Below are positions 28,201-38,431 of a stretch of 64,000 bases of DNA, piece after piece. The first letter of the stretch is position 1. Every line of letters begins with the position of its first letter. Source of the stretch: Dehalococcoidia bacterium (GTDB lineage: Bacteria > Chloroflexota > Dehalococcoidia > Lucifugimonadales > UBA6952); the NCBI GenBank assembly GCA_022450525.1, contig JAKUQA010000005.1, positions 4,475-68,474 of the forward strand, written 5' to 3'. A model generated the notes under the pieces. That model did not search any database. It was not told the DNA's origin and was given only the letters and a program-made list of their open reading frames with translations. The translations under genes and the position numbers were made by a program.

Positions 28201-28674
28201 TAATAAATCTTTCATTTTTAATGATGTGCCTTCTTTGATGATCAGCCTTTTTTCTTTTATTTCAAAAGAGCTAATTATTTTATTCGTAATGGCAGAAATT
28301 GGAGCAACAACTATTGGGGGATATTGATTTTTTTCTGATTCAATGATTGCAGATAAAGCTTTGGATCTTTGAGTATAGGTCATAGAGTTAATATGTAAAA
28401 ATTCAAACGGTATGTTTTCAAGTGGAGGATAATAAAACACCTGATTTTGAGAGCCTGTAATCATTAATAAATCATTAACTAAGGTTTCTGCACGATTAAT
28501 ATCACGAGTTACATACAAAATTGGTGAATTGAATCTAAAATTTAGGGAATTAAACAATAGAGATCTGCCACAATCAGGTACTGAGACCTCTGTGTAAAGA
28601 TTGGTTTTTAATAAGTCGATTAGACTTAAATACCAGTCAGAATTGTTAAATAATTCTGACACTTTATGAAACAC
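25198..28674 (-). CDS. mfd: Transcription-repair coupling factor
   Basis: VVHIDHGIGKF, DRLICGDVGFGKTEVA, DEEHRFGV, ATPIPRTL, QLYQLRGRIGRS, RDLEIRGAG. Confidence 0.97.
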   Translation of the reverse strand: MFHKVSELFNNSDWYLSLIDLLKTNLYTEVSVPDCGRSLLFNSLNFRFNSPILYVTRDINRAETLVNDLLMITGSQNQVFYYPPLENIPFEFLHINSMTYTQRSKALSAIIESEKNQYPPIVVAPISAITNKIISSFEIKEKRLIIKEGTSLKMKDLLFLLLQFGYKLNKFTEMEGQCSQRGGIVDIFCPIYEKPIRIEFWGDEVVSLRSFDTNTQTSLEVLNVITIYPVSEVVFPTNDASIEYFGGQIDHKQDVKNIQQLSRDVKFSNNFEFPDFYAGTYNKSSLLDYFTNTGLVIIDGKEKILEKYFELYEEIVNRQNIYIKTNTLPVDFQSPYFSYTEFNNHIESLNKVIDIKEIQSKGFNVPIKPILSYQNQFDRLISDIKVKIKSGVVIVVSSYLNRIKELFQEYEIPYDVLTDQTKAIKKNIVTIVEGNLKEGLVIEQNEEVLILSDNEIFGFSKQRNIIVNENKTRGVSSVSLDEFSINSFVVHIDHGIGKFIGTTVMSEYGDGEEYMVLQYADKGKIYVPTHMSHRVSLYKGSNGSNPSLSRLSTMEWKRTKAQVEEDTLEIAKDLLDLYAQRNLAKGKSFPSDSLWQKELEDSFPYIETEDQIRVINEVKEDMESSTPMDRLICGDVGFGKTEVALRSAFKAVDSGSQVIILVPTTVLATQHFETFVNRLKPYPITVKMLSRLVPKNEQKEIINDLLKGNVDICIGTHRLLQKDIKLKNLGLVIVDEEHRFGVLQKDRLKEMRLGVDYLSMSATPIPRTLSMTMSGLKDMSTIDTAPEYRLPVKTFVSEESDELITEAIKRELSRQGQVYYLHNRVHSIEMIASKLTKLLPNLRVGVAHGRMLPDSLDKVMTDFVAKKFDILVCTTIIESGLDLPSVNTLIVDNADRFGLAQLYQLRGRIGRSYRQGYAYFTIPEFKIVTPPAQARLDTILASSDIGSGYRVASRDLEIRGAGQVLGKKQSGHITTIGFDLYMKMISHAMKKVKGQELLNDNDAKPFEDKEQKGPHLKLNLNALIPTEFIPEVSTRISLYNDLAEIDNIGDLYELKSEITDKYGQIPPEFENLFIVARLRLMSFQCGINSIILNENIYHIRFDQTIKSLKYILESNNELDINVKNRSLNCKVSTYSNIDTLDKLFNFIFEIKDRVESIH

Positions 28675-28767
28675 TATGTAACTCCTGTTGACTCCGCAAT
28701 TACGTTGTTTTACAGTTTGTACTACTACTCTATACTAATGTCACAAATTTACCAAGAGGAACACAAA

Positions 28768-29667
28768 ATGGACGTGAAAAAAGAAACTATCGGATTTATC
28801 GGATTAGGAATTATGGGCCTTCCGATGGCAAAAAACCTAATTAAGAGTAATTTTGATCTCATTGTGTACAATCGGACCAAATCAAAAACTAAGGAACTTA
28901 GTGAATTAGGAGCTCGAGTAGCTAGTAATCCAAAAGAGGTAGCAGAAAATGCCAAATGTATAATTACTATGCTTACTGATTCTCCAGATGTAGAACAAAT
29001 AATTCTTGGAGAAAATGGAGTAATTAAAGGGATACAAGCAAATAGTATTGTTATTGACATGAGTACGATTTCCCCGAAGATAACTAGAAATATTAATGAG
29101 GAATTAAGCAAACATCAAAGTTCATTACTTGATGCACCTGTTAGCGGTGGTTCTTGGGGAGCTATCGAAGGCACACTTTCAATAATGATTGGTGGAAGTA
29201 ACGAAGATTTTAATACTTGTTTACCTGTATTTGAAGCTATGGGGAAAAATATAATCCACACAGGATCTTCAGGTATGGGGCAAACCACTAAATTAGTAAA
29301 TCAAATATTAGTAGCTGGTACCATGAATGCTGTAGCAGAAGCAATGGTTTTCGCTGCTAAATCCGGAGCAGACTTATCTACTACTATAGAGGCTGTTGGT
29401 GGAGGTGCTGCCGCTTCTTGGCAATTAAACACATTAGGTCCTAGACTAATTAAAGGAGATTTTGATCCTGGATTTATGATCAAACTACAACAAAAAGATT
29501 TGAGATTAATTATAGAATCTGCACAAGAATTAAATGTTGCAATACCCGGCACATCACTGGTTAGCCAATTATTTGCCGGTCTTTTAAGCCAAGGATTAGG
29601 AGATGAGGGCACTCAAGCACTAGTAAAAGCCCACGAACAACTATCAAATGTAAAAGCACGAATATAA
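28768..29667 (+). CDS. NAD(P)-dependent beta-hydroxyacid dehydrogenase (3-hydroxyisobutyrate/tartronate semialdehyde reductase family)
   Basis: GFIGLGIMG, DAPVSGG, GQTTKLVNQ; start reassigned to ATG 28768 (AGAGGA RBS). Confidence 0.9.
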   Translation: MDVKKETIGFIGLGIMGLPMAKNLIKSNFDLIVYNRTKSKTKELSELGARVASNPKEVAENAKCIITMLTDSPDVEQIILGENGVIKGIQANSIVIDMSTISPKITRNINEELSKHQSSLLDAPVSGGSWGAIEGTLSIMIGGSNEDFNTCLPVFEAMGKNIIHTGSSGMGQTTKLVNQILVAGTMNAVAEAMVFAAKSGADLSTTIEAVGGGAAASWQLNTLGPRLIKGDFDPGFMIKLQQKDLRLIIESAQELNVAIPGTSLVSQLFAGLLSQGLGDEGTQALVKAHEQLSNVKARI

Positions 29668-29678
29668 TAAGGAGTATT

Positions 29679-30560
29679 TTGGATAATATTACTGTCGGAA
29701 TAATTAGCCCAGGAGACATGGGGCACGCTGTAGGGGCGCAACTCATAAACAATAACGTAAATGTAATTACTTCATTAGAAGGAAGAAGCGAAAGAACCAA
29801 ATCGTTAGCAAAATATGCAAAAATACAAGATGTAGGAACCTTAACAAACTTAGTAGAAAATTCCGACTTGATTCTATCCATATTAGTCCCATCACAAGCT
29901 GTACCTTTTGCTAAAACGATTTCAGAAACTATCAAATCATTAGATAAATCTATTTATTTTGCAGATTGCAATGCAATTGCTCCACAAACAACCCAAAAAA
30001 TGTCTGAAAATTTTCAGAATACACCAGCGATTTTTATCGATGGTGGTATCATCGGAGGACCTCCATCAGAAAATTACCAACCAGTTTTTTATACTAGTGG
30101 TCCAGATACAACCCCTTTAGAAAGCCTAAACGGCAAGGGTATTAAAGTGAGTAATATAGGTTCTGAAATTGGACAAGCTTCTGCGATTAAAATGTGTTAT
30201 GCAGGAATGACTAAAGGAACTATAGCTTTGAATATTTCTGTTTTATCAACTGCCAAAATTTTAGGAGTATACGATAGCTTAATTGCTGAATTTAGTAAAA
30301 GTCAGTCTGAAATGTTAAAACGCATGAATGGTATGAGTGAAGTTCATACTAAATCAAATAGATGGATTGGCGAAATGTTAGAAATCAGTTCCACTTTTGC
30401 ATCTGCAAATCTTAGTGGAATGTTTCATAAAGCTGCAGCAGACACTTATGATTTTGTTAGTAAGACAGAAATTGCACTTAATGAAACACCTGAAAATTAC
30501 AAAGAAGACCGCTCTTTAGAGGAATTGATAGATATTTTTTCCAAATATTTACAGGAATAA
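29679..30560 (+). CDS. NAD(P)-dependent oxidoreductase with DUF1932-like C-terminal domain
   Basis: GIISPGDMG, DCNAIAP, IDGGIIGGPP, ASAIKMCYAGMTKG, RWIGEM. Confidence 0.8.
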   Translation: MDNITVGIISPGDMGHAVGAQLINNNVNVITSLEGRSERTKSLAKYAKIQDVGTLTNLVENSDLILSILVPSQAVPFAKTISETIKSLDKSIYFADCNAIAPQTTQKMSENFQNTPAIFIDGGIIGGPPSENYQPVFYTSGPDTTPLESLNGKGIKVSNIGSEIGQASAIKMCYAGMTKGTIALNISVLSTAKILGVYDSLIAEFSKSQSEMLKRMNGMSEVHTKSNRWIGEMLEISSTFASANLSGMFHKAAADTYDFVSKTEIALNETPENYKEDRSLEELIDIFSKYLQE

Positions 30561-30703
30561 CAAATTTGTGGACTGAATTAGATAAACTTCCCTTTGTAAA
30601 AAAATATACGTATCAATCGGAATTTGGATATGGGCTCTCATAGTATTTTTGAGTACTAGATAGTACGTCAGTTAATCTAGTGATTAAATCTTGTATAGTA
30701 TTA

Positions 30704-31183
30704 CTAATTATTCCAATCCTGAATAATTTTCCTATCCCGATCAAAAGCTAAAACTGGTAATTTATCTAAAGGAAAAGTTTGTATGCTTTGAACCTCTGAA
30801 TTATCTGTTCTTACGCCACCAACAATGTGGCCACTATATACGATGAGTATTATGGGATCATCTTCTTGCGAATATACTCCAACCAATTTATCAAGTTCCA
30901 CAATAAACCCAGTTTCTTCAAAAACCTCACGTATAGCTGCATTTTCTACTTTCTCTCCCCTGTCTACAAAACCTGCAGGAAAAGTCCATTTCCCTCTTTG
31001 AGGTTCTAAATTTCTTTGGACCAATACAACTTCTGAATTAATAGTAAATAAAACACCAGTAACAACTTTGGGATCTATAAATTCCATACGATCGCAATCA
31101 GTACAAAAAAACCTATTGGTATTCTCAAAAGGTTTCAAAATCATTTCACTAGCACATGAAGAACAATATTTTATAGCAGACAT
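30704..31183 (-). CDS. NUDIX hydrolase with N-terminal zinc ribbon
   Basis: YCSSC..CTDC; Nudix box PAGFVDRGEKVENAAIREVFEETG. Confidence 0.9.
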   Translation of the reverse strand: MSAIKYCSSCASEMILKPFENTNRFFCTDCDRMEFIDPKVVTGVLFTINSEVVLVQRNLEPQRGKWTFPAGFVDRGEKVENAAIREVFEETGFIVELDKLVGVYSQEDDPIILIVYSGHIVGGVRTDNSEVQSIQTFPLDKLPVLAFDRDRKIIQDWNN

Positions 31184-31267
31184 GAATTTAAATTTGCACA
31201 ATTTAAGTTAAAATTTATATTACTACCATCATATTATAAGAAGTTATAAAAAACATCCTTTAGAGGT

Positions 31268-31297
31268 TTGACACCCCTATAATGGGATTGATACAAT
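31268..31297 (+). promoter_or_regulatory. Putative promoter of the nuo operon
   Basis: TTGACA (31268-31273), 18 nt spacer, extended -10 TGA-TACAAT (31289-31297). Confidence 0.6.
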
Positions 31298-31343
31298 TTA
31301 TACCTGCTGAACATTTTTTCATGAATTTCATTTGAGGATTCTT

Positions 31344-31757
31344 GTGGGTAACGAAGTACAAATAATTCAAGACACTTGGATTGCTATTTTAATAGCAACT
31401 GCATTTGGAGTTATTTCTATCTTAGGTATGTTTATAGCTTCTTTTATTTTATCACCCAAAAAAAAATCTATCGATAAACTTATTACATATGAAAACGGAA
31501 TACGACCAACGCCATTTTCTTGGTCTCAAATTCATGTGCGTTATTACATATTTGGAATATTATTTCTTATATTCGATGTCGAAGCCGTTTTTATATTTCC
31601 TTGGGCTGCAGTTTTCAACGAAATTAAAGAAAATGTTGATGGTCAATTTACAGTAGCTTTAGCAAATCTAGTGTTTTATGAAATGATGGTTTTCATTGGT
31701 ATACTAATTCTTGGAATTGTTTATGCCTGGAAAAAAGGAGTTCTACAATGGAAATAA
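31344..31757 (+). CDS. nuoA: NADH-quinone oxidoreductase-like subunit A
   Basis: [38 protein letters not shown]; GTG start at 31344 behind GAGGA. Confidence 0.95.
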   Translation: MGNEVQIIQDTWIAILIATAFGVISILGMFIASFILSPKKKSIDKLITYENGIRPTPFSWSQIHVRYYIFGILFLIFDVEAVFIFPWAAVFNEIKENVDGQFTVALANLVFYEMMVFIGILILGIVYAWKKGVLQWK

Positions 31758-32359
31758 ACAGAATGAAACCAGAACCTTGGACTCCTAAAAGAGACCACAA
31801 GCTCTCTATCCCACTTATACCAACAAGTAACGATAATTGGGAAACATCTGACTCGTTAAGTTCTGGAAACGTACCAGCTCAAAGTCTTCTTCAAAAATCT
31901 GGTGCACCTGGTGTAATTACAGCAAAAATCGACCAATTATTAGCTCTGGCTAGAACATCGTCTCTATGGCCTTTAACTTTTGGCTTGGCTTGTTGTGCTA
32001 TTGAAATGATGAGTACATATATGGGACACCATGACCTTGATAGATTTGGTGTAACTCCATGGCCATCACCAAGACAAGCGGATGTGATGATTGTTGCAGG
32101 TACTGTCGTTAAAAAAATGGCAAAACCAATTCAACTACTTTATGAACAAATGCCTGAGCCTAAATGGGTTATTGCTATGGGAAGTTGTGCTACAAATGGA
32201 GGTCCGTATTATAGGTCCTACTCTGTAGTTATGGGCGTAGACCATATTATACCTGTAGATGTGTACGTTCCGGGTTGCCCCCCAAGACCTGAAGCATTAA
32301 TGGAAGGCATTTTAAGATTACAGGAAAAAATAAAACAGGATGCTAGAAAAAATGGCTGA
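31748..32359 (+). CDS. nuoB: NADH-quinone oxidoreductase-like subunit B
   Basis: [38 protein letters not shown]. Confidence 0.97.
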   Translation: MEINRMKPEPWTPKRDHKLSIPLIPTSNDNWETSDSLSSGNVPAQSLLQKSGAPGVITAKIDQLLALARTSSLWPLTFGLACCAIEMMSTYMGHHDLDRFGVTPWPSPRQADVMIVAGTVVKKMAKPIQLLYEQMPEPKWVIAMGSCATNGGPYYRSYSVVMGVDHIIPVDVYVPGCPPRPEALMEGILRLQEKIKQDARKNG

Positions 32360-32870
32360 AGAAGAAACAACTGAATCAATATCTGAAGAAGAAGTTTCTG
32401 AAGATTTAGATCCAATATTAGCTGAAAGAATCTCGATACTTGAAAATATTCTAAGTACATATGATATTAGTATTTCATCTTTTCTTGGAGAAATTAATAT
32501 ACATATACAAAAAATAGACCTTTTAGATATTCTTACAATTCTCAAAAACTCTCCTGAAACACTGTGCAACCTTTTCTTATGCTTAAGTATTGTTGATTAT
32601 GAAGATAGGTTTGAAGCTGTTTACCACCTGCAATCCACAACCCTTAACCATAGATATGTAATTAAATCTAGCTTAGACAAAGATAAGCCATTAATTTCAT
32701 CATGTATTGGTATATGGAAGGGTTGTGACTGGTATGAAAGAGAAGGCCACGATTTATTTGGAGTTGTTTTTGAGGGCCATCCAAATCTATCGCCTCTACT
32801 ATTGTATGAAGAATTTGAAGGATATCCTGGAAGAAAAGATTTTCCTTTTAACGACTATAAAGAATGGTAA
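32340..32870 (+). CDS. nuoC: NADH-quinone oxidoreductase-like subunit C
   Basis: [26 protein letters not shown]. Confidence 0.93.
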   Translation: MLEKMAEEETTESISEEEVSEDLDPILAERISILENILSTYDISISSFLGEINIHIQKIDLLDILTILKNSPETLCNLFLCLSIVDYEDRFEAVYHLQSTTLNHRYVIKSSLDKDKPLISSCIGIWKGCDWYEREGHDLFGVVFEGHPNLSPLLLYEEFEGYPGRKDFPFNDYKEW

Positions 32871-32873
32871 CGT

Positions 32874-33986
32874 ATGACTAATCAACAAAGCTTAAATAGT
32901 GTAGACATGTTACTCAATATGGGGCCACAACATCCATCTACCCACGGTGTTTTCAGAATGGTACTTCAAATAGACGGAGAACGAGTCATAGACGTTGATC
33001 CTTATATCGGTTATCTCCATCGAGGATCAGAAAAACTATCAGAAGGAGAACAATATGCACAAATTGTCACTCTTTTTGATCGATTAGATTATTTGGCTAA
33101 TTTTAATAATGAGCTTGTTTTTTGTATGGCAGTTGAAAAACTAATGGAAGTTGAAATACCCGAAAGAGCCGAATACATAAGAGTAATTCTATGTGAACTC
33201 AATCGAATAGCTAGCCATTTCCTTTTTTATGGAACTATGGGAATGGACGCTGGTGCAAGTACTCCCATACTATACGGATTTAGAGATAGAGAAAAAATCC
33301 AATCTGTTTTCGAATCTGTAAGTGGTGCAAGAATGATGCATAACTACTTCAGAATCGGAGGAGTGAAAGAAGACTTACCAACTGATTTTTTTGAAAAAAT
33401 TTATTGGCTAATAGACGAAATAAAAAAAGGAGTAGATCAAGCAGATAGTTTATTATCGTTCAATGAAATATTTCTAAACCGTACAAGAAATATTGGATTA
33501 ATCAATGCTGAAGATGCTATAGACTACGGACTTACGGGCCCAAATTTACGAGCATCAGGAGTTTCATACGATTTAAGAAAAAATGACCCATATTCCATTT
33601 ATGAAAGGTTTGATTTTGATATTCCTGTGGGTGATCGTGGAGATGTTTGGGATAGATATTTTGTCAGAGTTCAAGAAATAAGAGAATCAGTTAAAATTAT
33701 CGAACAAGCTTTAAAACAAATACCTGATGGAGAAATCACTGCAAATGTTAGAAGAATTGCACGACCTCCAGAAGGTGATATTTTTGCACATGCAGAAAAT
33801 CCTCGTGGGGATTTCGGAGTATATTTAGTCAGTGACGGTTCAGATAAGCCCTACAGACTAAAAATTCGCCCCCCATCATTTTGCAATTTAATGGCATTAA
33901 GACATATGATGCGAAATGCCTATGTTTCTGATGCAGTTATGATTTTAGGTTCAATAGATATTGTTTTGGGTGAAGTAGATCGATGA
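32874..33986 (+). CDS. nuoD: NADH-quinone oxidoreductase-like subunit D
   Basis: NMGPQHPSTHGVFR, GYLHRGSEK, DRLDY, GEVDR C-terminus. Confidence 0.97.
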   Translation: MTNQQSLNSVDMLLNMGPQHPSTHGVFRMVLQIDGERVIDVDPYIGYLHRGSEKLSEGEQYAQIVTLFDRLDYLANFNNELVFCMAVEKLMEVEIPERAEYIRVILCELNRIASHFLFYGTMGMDAGASTPILYGFRDREKIQSVFESVSGARMMHNYFRIGGVKEDLPTDFFEKIYWLIDEIKKGVDQADSLLSFNEIFLNRTRNIGLINAEDAIDYGLTGPNLRASGVSYDLRKNDPYSIYERFDFDIPVGDRGDVWDRYFVRVQEIRESVKIIEQALKQIPDGEITANVRRIARPPEGDIFAHAENPRGDFGVYLVSDGSDKPYRLKIRPPSFCNLMALRHMMRNAYVSDAVMILGSIDIVLGEVDR

Positions 33987-35116
33987 GTATTATAGACCTT
34001 TTCTTATTACAAATAAAAATTATTACACTTTTTGGTGGACTTACAATAGTTGTATTATCTCTGGTCTGGCTTGAAAGACGAGTCTTGGGAAAAATACAAA
34101 GACGAATTGGACCGAACCGTGTAGGTCCACAAGGACTTTTACAATCCCTTGCAGATGGGATAAAACTCTTAGTCAAAGAAGATATAATCCCAGAATCAGC
34201 AGACAAATGGATATATTGGCTTGCACCAATTATTGTCTTTGTTCCTCCATTTGTTATATGGATAACAATACCTATTGCAAGTGATAATTCTGTATTAGCG
34301 GTAAACAATATGCATTTAGGATTACTCTTTGTAATCGCTCTAACAGTTGTTTCAATAACTGGATTAGTCATGGCTGGATGGGGATCAGCGAATAAATATG
34401 CCATCCTTGGAGGATTACGATCAACAGCACAACTGATAAGTTATGAAATACCAATAATTATGGTAGCTATTTCAGTATTAATAATATGCCAAACAACTGA
34501 TTTAAAAGAAATTGTTGATAAACAAAATATAATTCCTTATGCAATTTATCTTCCATTGGGACTACTGCTCTTTTTCATCGCTGGTATAGCAGAAGTTGGC
34601 AGAATACCTTTTGATATATATCATGCAGAATCAGAAATTGTAGGAGGTCCTTTTGTAGAGTACAGTGGTGCCCACTGGTCTGTTTTCTACTTAGCAGAAT
34701 ACATTCAAACTTTTACCATAGCAGTTTTAATTACACTTTTATTTCTTGGTGGATGGCACATTCCGTTTATTTCATTACAAGAAAACATAATTCTGGGATT
34801 TTTCATAACAATTATTAAATCGTACGGTGTTGTATTGATAATCTTTTGGTTCCGAGGAACTTTTCCAAGAATGAGAATAGATCAACTTATGTCATTTGCA
34901 TGGAAAGTTTTGATACCTCTATCGTTTGCAAATGTAATATTTTCTTCAATAGTGATTTTTTACGATATTCCTCTATTAGTTTTATCGATTATAAATATTT
35001 TGGTAACAGTTTTGATTGGATATGTTTTGTATAACAAGTTTACAACACCTGCAATAATAGATGCGGAAGAAATGTTACGTAAAGCTAGAAATTATAAATT
35101 ACCCGAGGGAATATAA
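33983..35116 (+). CDS. nuoH: NADH-quinone oxidoreductase-like subunit H
   Basis: WLERR..RRIGPNRVGPQG, DGIKLLVKED, RIPFD..AESE, PRMRIDQL. Confidence 0.96.
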   Translation: MSIIDLFLLQIKIITLFGGLTIVVLSLVWLERRVLGKIQRRIGPNRVGPQGLLQSLADGIKLLVKEDIIPESADKWIYWLAPIIVFVPPFVIWITIPIASDNSVLAVNNMHLGLLFVIALTVVSITGLVMAGWGSANKYAILGGLRSTAQLISYEIPIIMVAISVLIICQTTDLKEIVDKQNIIPYAIYLPLGLLLFFIAGIAEVGRIPFDIYHAESEIVGGPFVEYSGAHWSVFYLAEYIQTFTIAVLITLLFLGGWHIPFISLQENIILGFFITIIKSYGVVLIIFWFRGTFPRMRIDQLMSFAWKVLIPLSFANVIFSSIVIFYDIPLLVLSIINILVTVLIGYVLYNKFTTPAIIDAEEMLRKARNYKLPEGI

Positions 35117-35602
35117 ATGTTAAGCAGTATTAAAGGTTTAATGACTACAATTTCTGAATTTTTCAGGCCTATTGTGACAGCACAGTACCCTGAAAAGCAC
35201 TTACCTATAGCAGATAGATATATGGGATTTCCAGTTCTTATGTATGATGATGTTGTTGATGAACCATATTGTACTGGTTGTATGGTGTGTGTAAGAAATT
35301 GTCCAACAAATTGTATGAGCGCAATAATGAAGGACAATCCTAAAAATGAATCAGGTGAAAGTAAACGTCGAAAAATTATTGATGCATTTGAAATTAATTT
35401 AGGCCGCTGTATATTATGTGGAATTTGTGTAGAAGTTTGTAATTTTGATGCAATCGAAATGAGTCACCAACATGAACTATCAGTCGTCAATCGAAATGGT
35501 AACAGAGCAAATTTACAACAACTTTTAGAAATGGGTAAAAGTTACCAAAAAGAAACAAACTGGGCTCCACCAGTCAAACCTGCGAAGGAATCGAAAGAAT
35601 AA
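35117..35602 (+). CDS. nuoI: NADH-quinone oxidoreductase-like subunit I (2x[4Fe-4S])
   Basis: CTGCMVCVRNCP and CILCGICVEVC. Confidence 0.96.
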   Translation: MLSSIKGLMTTISEFFRPIVTAQYPEKHLPIADRYMGFPVLMYDDVVDEPYCTGCMVCVRNCPTNCMSAIMKDNPKNESGESKRRKIIDAFEINLGRCILCGICVEVCNFDAIEMSHQHELSVVNRNGNRANLQQLLEMGKSYQKETNWAPPVKPAKESKE

Positions 35603-35603
35603 A

Positions 35604-36095
35604 ATGAATAGTTTAGTAGTATTTTACATATTAAGTTCCATTATAACGGTATCAGCAATAGGTGTTGTAACAAGTCGTCACGTGGTACATGCTACATTTT
35701 ATTTATTAATTACCTTATTTGGTGTAGCTGGTGTCTATGTGATTTTACTATCACAATTTTTGGCAATAGTACAAATTTTGCTTTATGGCGGAGCTATAAT
35801 TATTGTTATTCTCTTTGCATTAATGCTCACCAATATTTCTGATTTTAATTTCCAAGTTGAAAACAAACACTGGAAATACTCTCTCGTAGGGTCAATATTA
35901 TTTTTTATAACAGGAACGATTGCCTTCTTCACCACAGGAGGCAATACCGTAACTGGAACCCTCGGAACTAGTATGAAAAATATTGGAATAGAACTTTTTT
36001 CATATTGGGGAATTCCTTTTGAAATAGTATCTGTCATTTTATTAGTAGCTCTAATAGGTGCAGTAGTAGTATCAAACACAGAAAGTAATAAATAA
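35604..36095 (+). CDS. nuoJ: NADH-quinone oxidoreductase-like subunit J
   Basis: VQILLYGGAIIIVILFALML, PFEIVSVILLVALIGAVV. Confidence 0.94.
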   Translation: MNSLVVFYILSSIITVSAIGVVTSRHVVHATFYLLITLFGVAGVYVILLSQFLAIVQILLYGGAIIIVILFALMLTNISDFNFQVENKHWKYSLVGSILFFITGTIAFFTTGGNTVTGTLGTSMKNIGIELFSYWGIPFEIVSVILLVALIGAVVVSNTESNK

Positions 36096-36409
36096 TGGGT
36101 GAATTAAGTCTTATACACATACAAATTGCCAGCATAGTATTATTTTCTATTGGTATTTATGGGGTTCTTTCTCGAAGGAATGCAGTGCTAATTTTACTCG
36201 CAATAGAACTCATGCTTAATGCTGTAAATCTTAACTTAATTGGCGTTAGCGCCTTTTTAGATCAATCGAGATTTCTAGGCCATATTCTCATAATTTTTAT
36301 CATAACAATTGCTGCTGCTGAAGTAGCATTAGCTTTAGCAATTGTCTTAAAACTTTATAAAGAAAAACGTAACACTGATGTTGATAAACTCGATGTTTTG
36401 AAATGGTAG
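36095..36409 (+). CDS. nuoK: NADH-quinone oxidoreductase-like subunit K
   Basis: IELMLNAVNLNL, AAAEVALALAI. Confidence 0.96.
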   Translation: MGELSLIHIQIASIVLFSIGIYGVLSRRNAVLILLAIELMLNAVNLNLIGVSAFLDQSRFLGHILIIFIITIAAAEVALALAIVLKLYKEKRNTDVDKLDVLKW

Positions 36410-36433
36410 CAATTTACCAAAGGAAAATTATTA

Positions 36434-38422
36434 ATGTATGAAATAAATGAAGCGGCTTTACAAGCTCCAAGTAATCTGGGAATAGTATGGTGGGCACCTA
36501 TCCTCTATATAATCTCTTTTGTTGTTTTAGGTGTATTAAGTAGAACGAAGATTAAATATACCTACTTTGTTCCAATTATAGTTTCCTTCATTAGTATTGG
36601 AATTTTTATTACTGTTTTTAGCACTTATGTTTCTAACAACTGGGAGCGATATGGTTGTGACATCATAGGAGTTTGTTGGAATGGTATCGATCCTTGGTTT
36701 GTTATTGGCGATATAGAAATGCACTTTGGAGCAATTATCGATGGTCTTACAGTAACAATGTTAGGCTTAATAAGCATTGTAGGTTCTTTAGTTATTATCT
36801 ATTCAGTCTCCTATATGCATGATGACCCAAGAAAAACCTGGTATTTTTCTTGTATATCATTTTTCATTGCAGCAATGCTATTCCTCGTTTTAGCTAACAA
36901 TCTATTATTGATTTATGTAGCATGGGAATTAGTGGGCTTAGGATCATATTTACTTATAGGCTTCTGGTATGGCAAACAAACCGCAGTTGATGCAGCCAAA
37001 AAAGCATTTATCACTACACGTATAGGCGATGTAGGTTTAATGGTAGGTATTTTGATTTTAGGCACTAGCTTCACAACTTCTAGTGGGGCAATCGGGACAT
37101 TTCATATCCCTGACATTATTTTAGCTGCACAACAAGGTATGTACAGTACTTCTGAACTCAATTGGGGTTGCCTCCTAATTTTCCTCGGAGCAATGGGTAA
37201 ATCTGCTCAGTTCCCTCTTCACATATGGTTACCAGATGCTATGGAAGGGCCAACACCAGTTAGTGCTTTAATTCATGCAGCTACAATGGTTACGGCAGGT
37301 ATATATCTGACCGCTAGATTATTCCCGCTATATGAAATTTCTACTATCGCCCTTACTGTTGTAACAGTTATAGGTCTTATTACTGCTATCATTGCTGCAT
37401 CTATGGCATTGGTAATGAATGATCTGAAAAAAATTCTTGCCTATTCAACAGTTAGCCATTTAGGATTAATGATTTTTGGTATAGGTACAGGAGGATATGC
37501 CGCAGCTATGCTTCATCTTGTAGCTCATGGATTTTCTAAAGCCCTCTTATTCCTTTCTGCTGGCAATATTATGCATTCTTTACATGAAGAAACGGATATA
37601 CGAAAAATGGGAAATCTTCGACATTACATGCCCATAACTACTATTTGTTTCCTCATTGGGGCCCTTTCTCTTTCTGGTATACCCCCGCTCAGTGGCTACT
37701 TTAGTAAAGATATGTTACTTCACGGTGTAACACACGGGAAAATAGATTTTACAAATATTTATTTCTTATTAAGCTTAGGATTTATTTTTCTAAGCTCCCT
37801 TTATATGACAAGAGTTTTTATATTAGTATTTTGGTCTAAGTCAACAACAGAATATAAGGATATTCACGAAGCACCTAAAACAATGAATATTCCAATCATT
37901 ATACTCACATTCTTTAGCATAGTTTTTGGAATAATAACGTGTTTAATATATCAAGACACACTCCTTGATATTATGCATTTAGTAACATGGGGTTTTCTTG
38001 ATACTCCTCTTCACTTTGAATTTGACTTGATACTAACCATACTTTCAGTTGGATTCGCATTAAGCGGTATTATTGCTGGATACTTTTTATATCAAGAAAA
38101 TTATGTAAACAAATCTGTATTTAATTCAGGATTATTTAAATCTCTAAATAGTCTTATTTCTCAGAAATATTATTTAGATGACGCGTATAATTGGATAGTT
38201 TCAAATGTAGTTAACAAAGTAACTGCTATTGTATCTTATATTGATCGAGCATTTGTAAACGACATAGGAATTAATAGTCCTGGAGAAGCTATTAGGGCAA
38301 CTTCAAATAAATTACGTTATATCCAAACAGGAAAAGTATATAACTATGCGCTCTTTATTGTGCTTAGTATATCTGTCATTGTTCTTATCTGGATATTTCT
38401 TGAAACAGGTAAAATCTTATAG
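36434..38422 (+). CDS. nuoL: NADH-quinone oxidoreductase-like subunit L
   Basis: AWELVGLGSYLLIGFW, GKSAQFPLHIWLPDAMEGPTPVSALIHAATMV. Confidence 0.97.
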   Translation: MYEINEAALQAPSNLGIVWWAPILYIISFVVLGVLSRTKIKYTYFVPIIVSFISIGIFITVFSTYVSNNWERYGCDIIGVCWNGIDPWFVIGDIEMHFGAIIDGLTVTMLGLISIVGSLVIIYSVSYMHDDPRKTWYFSCISFFIAAMLFLVLANNLLLIYVAWELVGLGSYLLIGFWYGKQTAVDAAKKAFITTRIGDVGLMVGILILGTSFTTSSGAIGTFHIPDIILAAQQGMYSTSELNWGCLLIFLGAMGKSAQFPLHIWLPDAMEGPTPVSALIHAATMVTAGIYLTARLFPLYEISTIALTVVTVIGLITAIIAASMALVMNDLKKILAYSTVSHLGLMIFGIGTGGYAAAMLHLVAHGFSKALLFLSAGNIMHSLHEETDIRKMGNLRHYMPITTICFLIGALSLSGIPPLSGYFSKDMLLHGVTHGKIDFTNIYFLLSLGFIFLSSLYMTRVFILVFWSKSTTEYKDIHEAPKTMNIPIIILTFFSIVFGIITCLIYQDTLLDIMHLVTWGFLDTPLHFEFDLILTILSVGFALSGIIAGYFLYQENYVNKSVFNSGLFKSLNSLISQKYYLDDAYNWIVSNVVNKVTAIVSYIDRAFVNDIGINSPGEAIRATSNKLRYIQTGKVYNYALFIVLSISVIVLIWIFLETGKIL

Positions 38423-38431
38423 GAGTACTCA

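Noticed and set aside
30561-30703. 143-bp gap between convergent genes with a 25-codon TTG ORF (MWTELDKLPF...) and a small GTACT-AGAT-AGTAC hairpin
   Set aside because: No RBS, no recognisable RNA family or protein motif; the LDKLP match to the neighbouring NUDIX gene is too short to interpret
31188-31206. Inverted repeat TTAAATT-TGCAC-AATTTAA upstream of the NUDIX gene and nuo operon, considered as a Rex site
   Set aside because: Does not match the Rex consensus (TTGTGAA-N4-TTCACAA); an almost purely A/T stem is expected by chance
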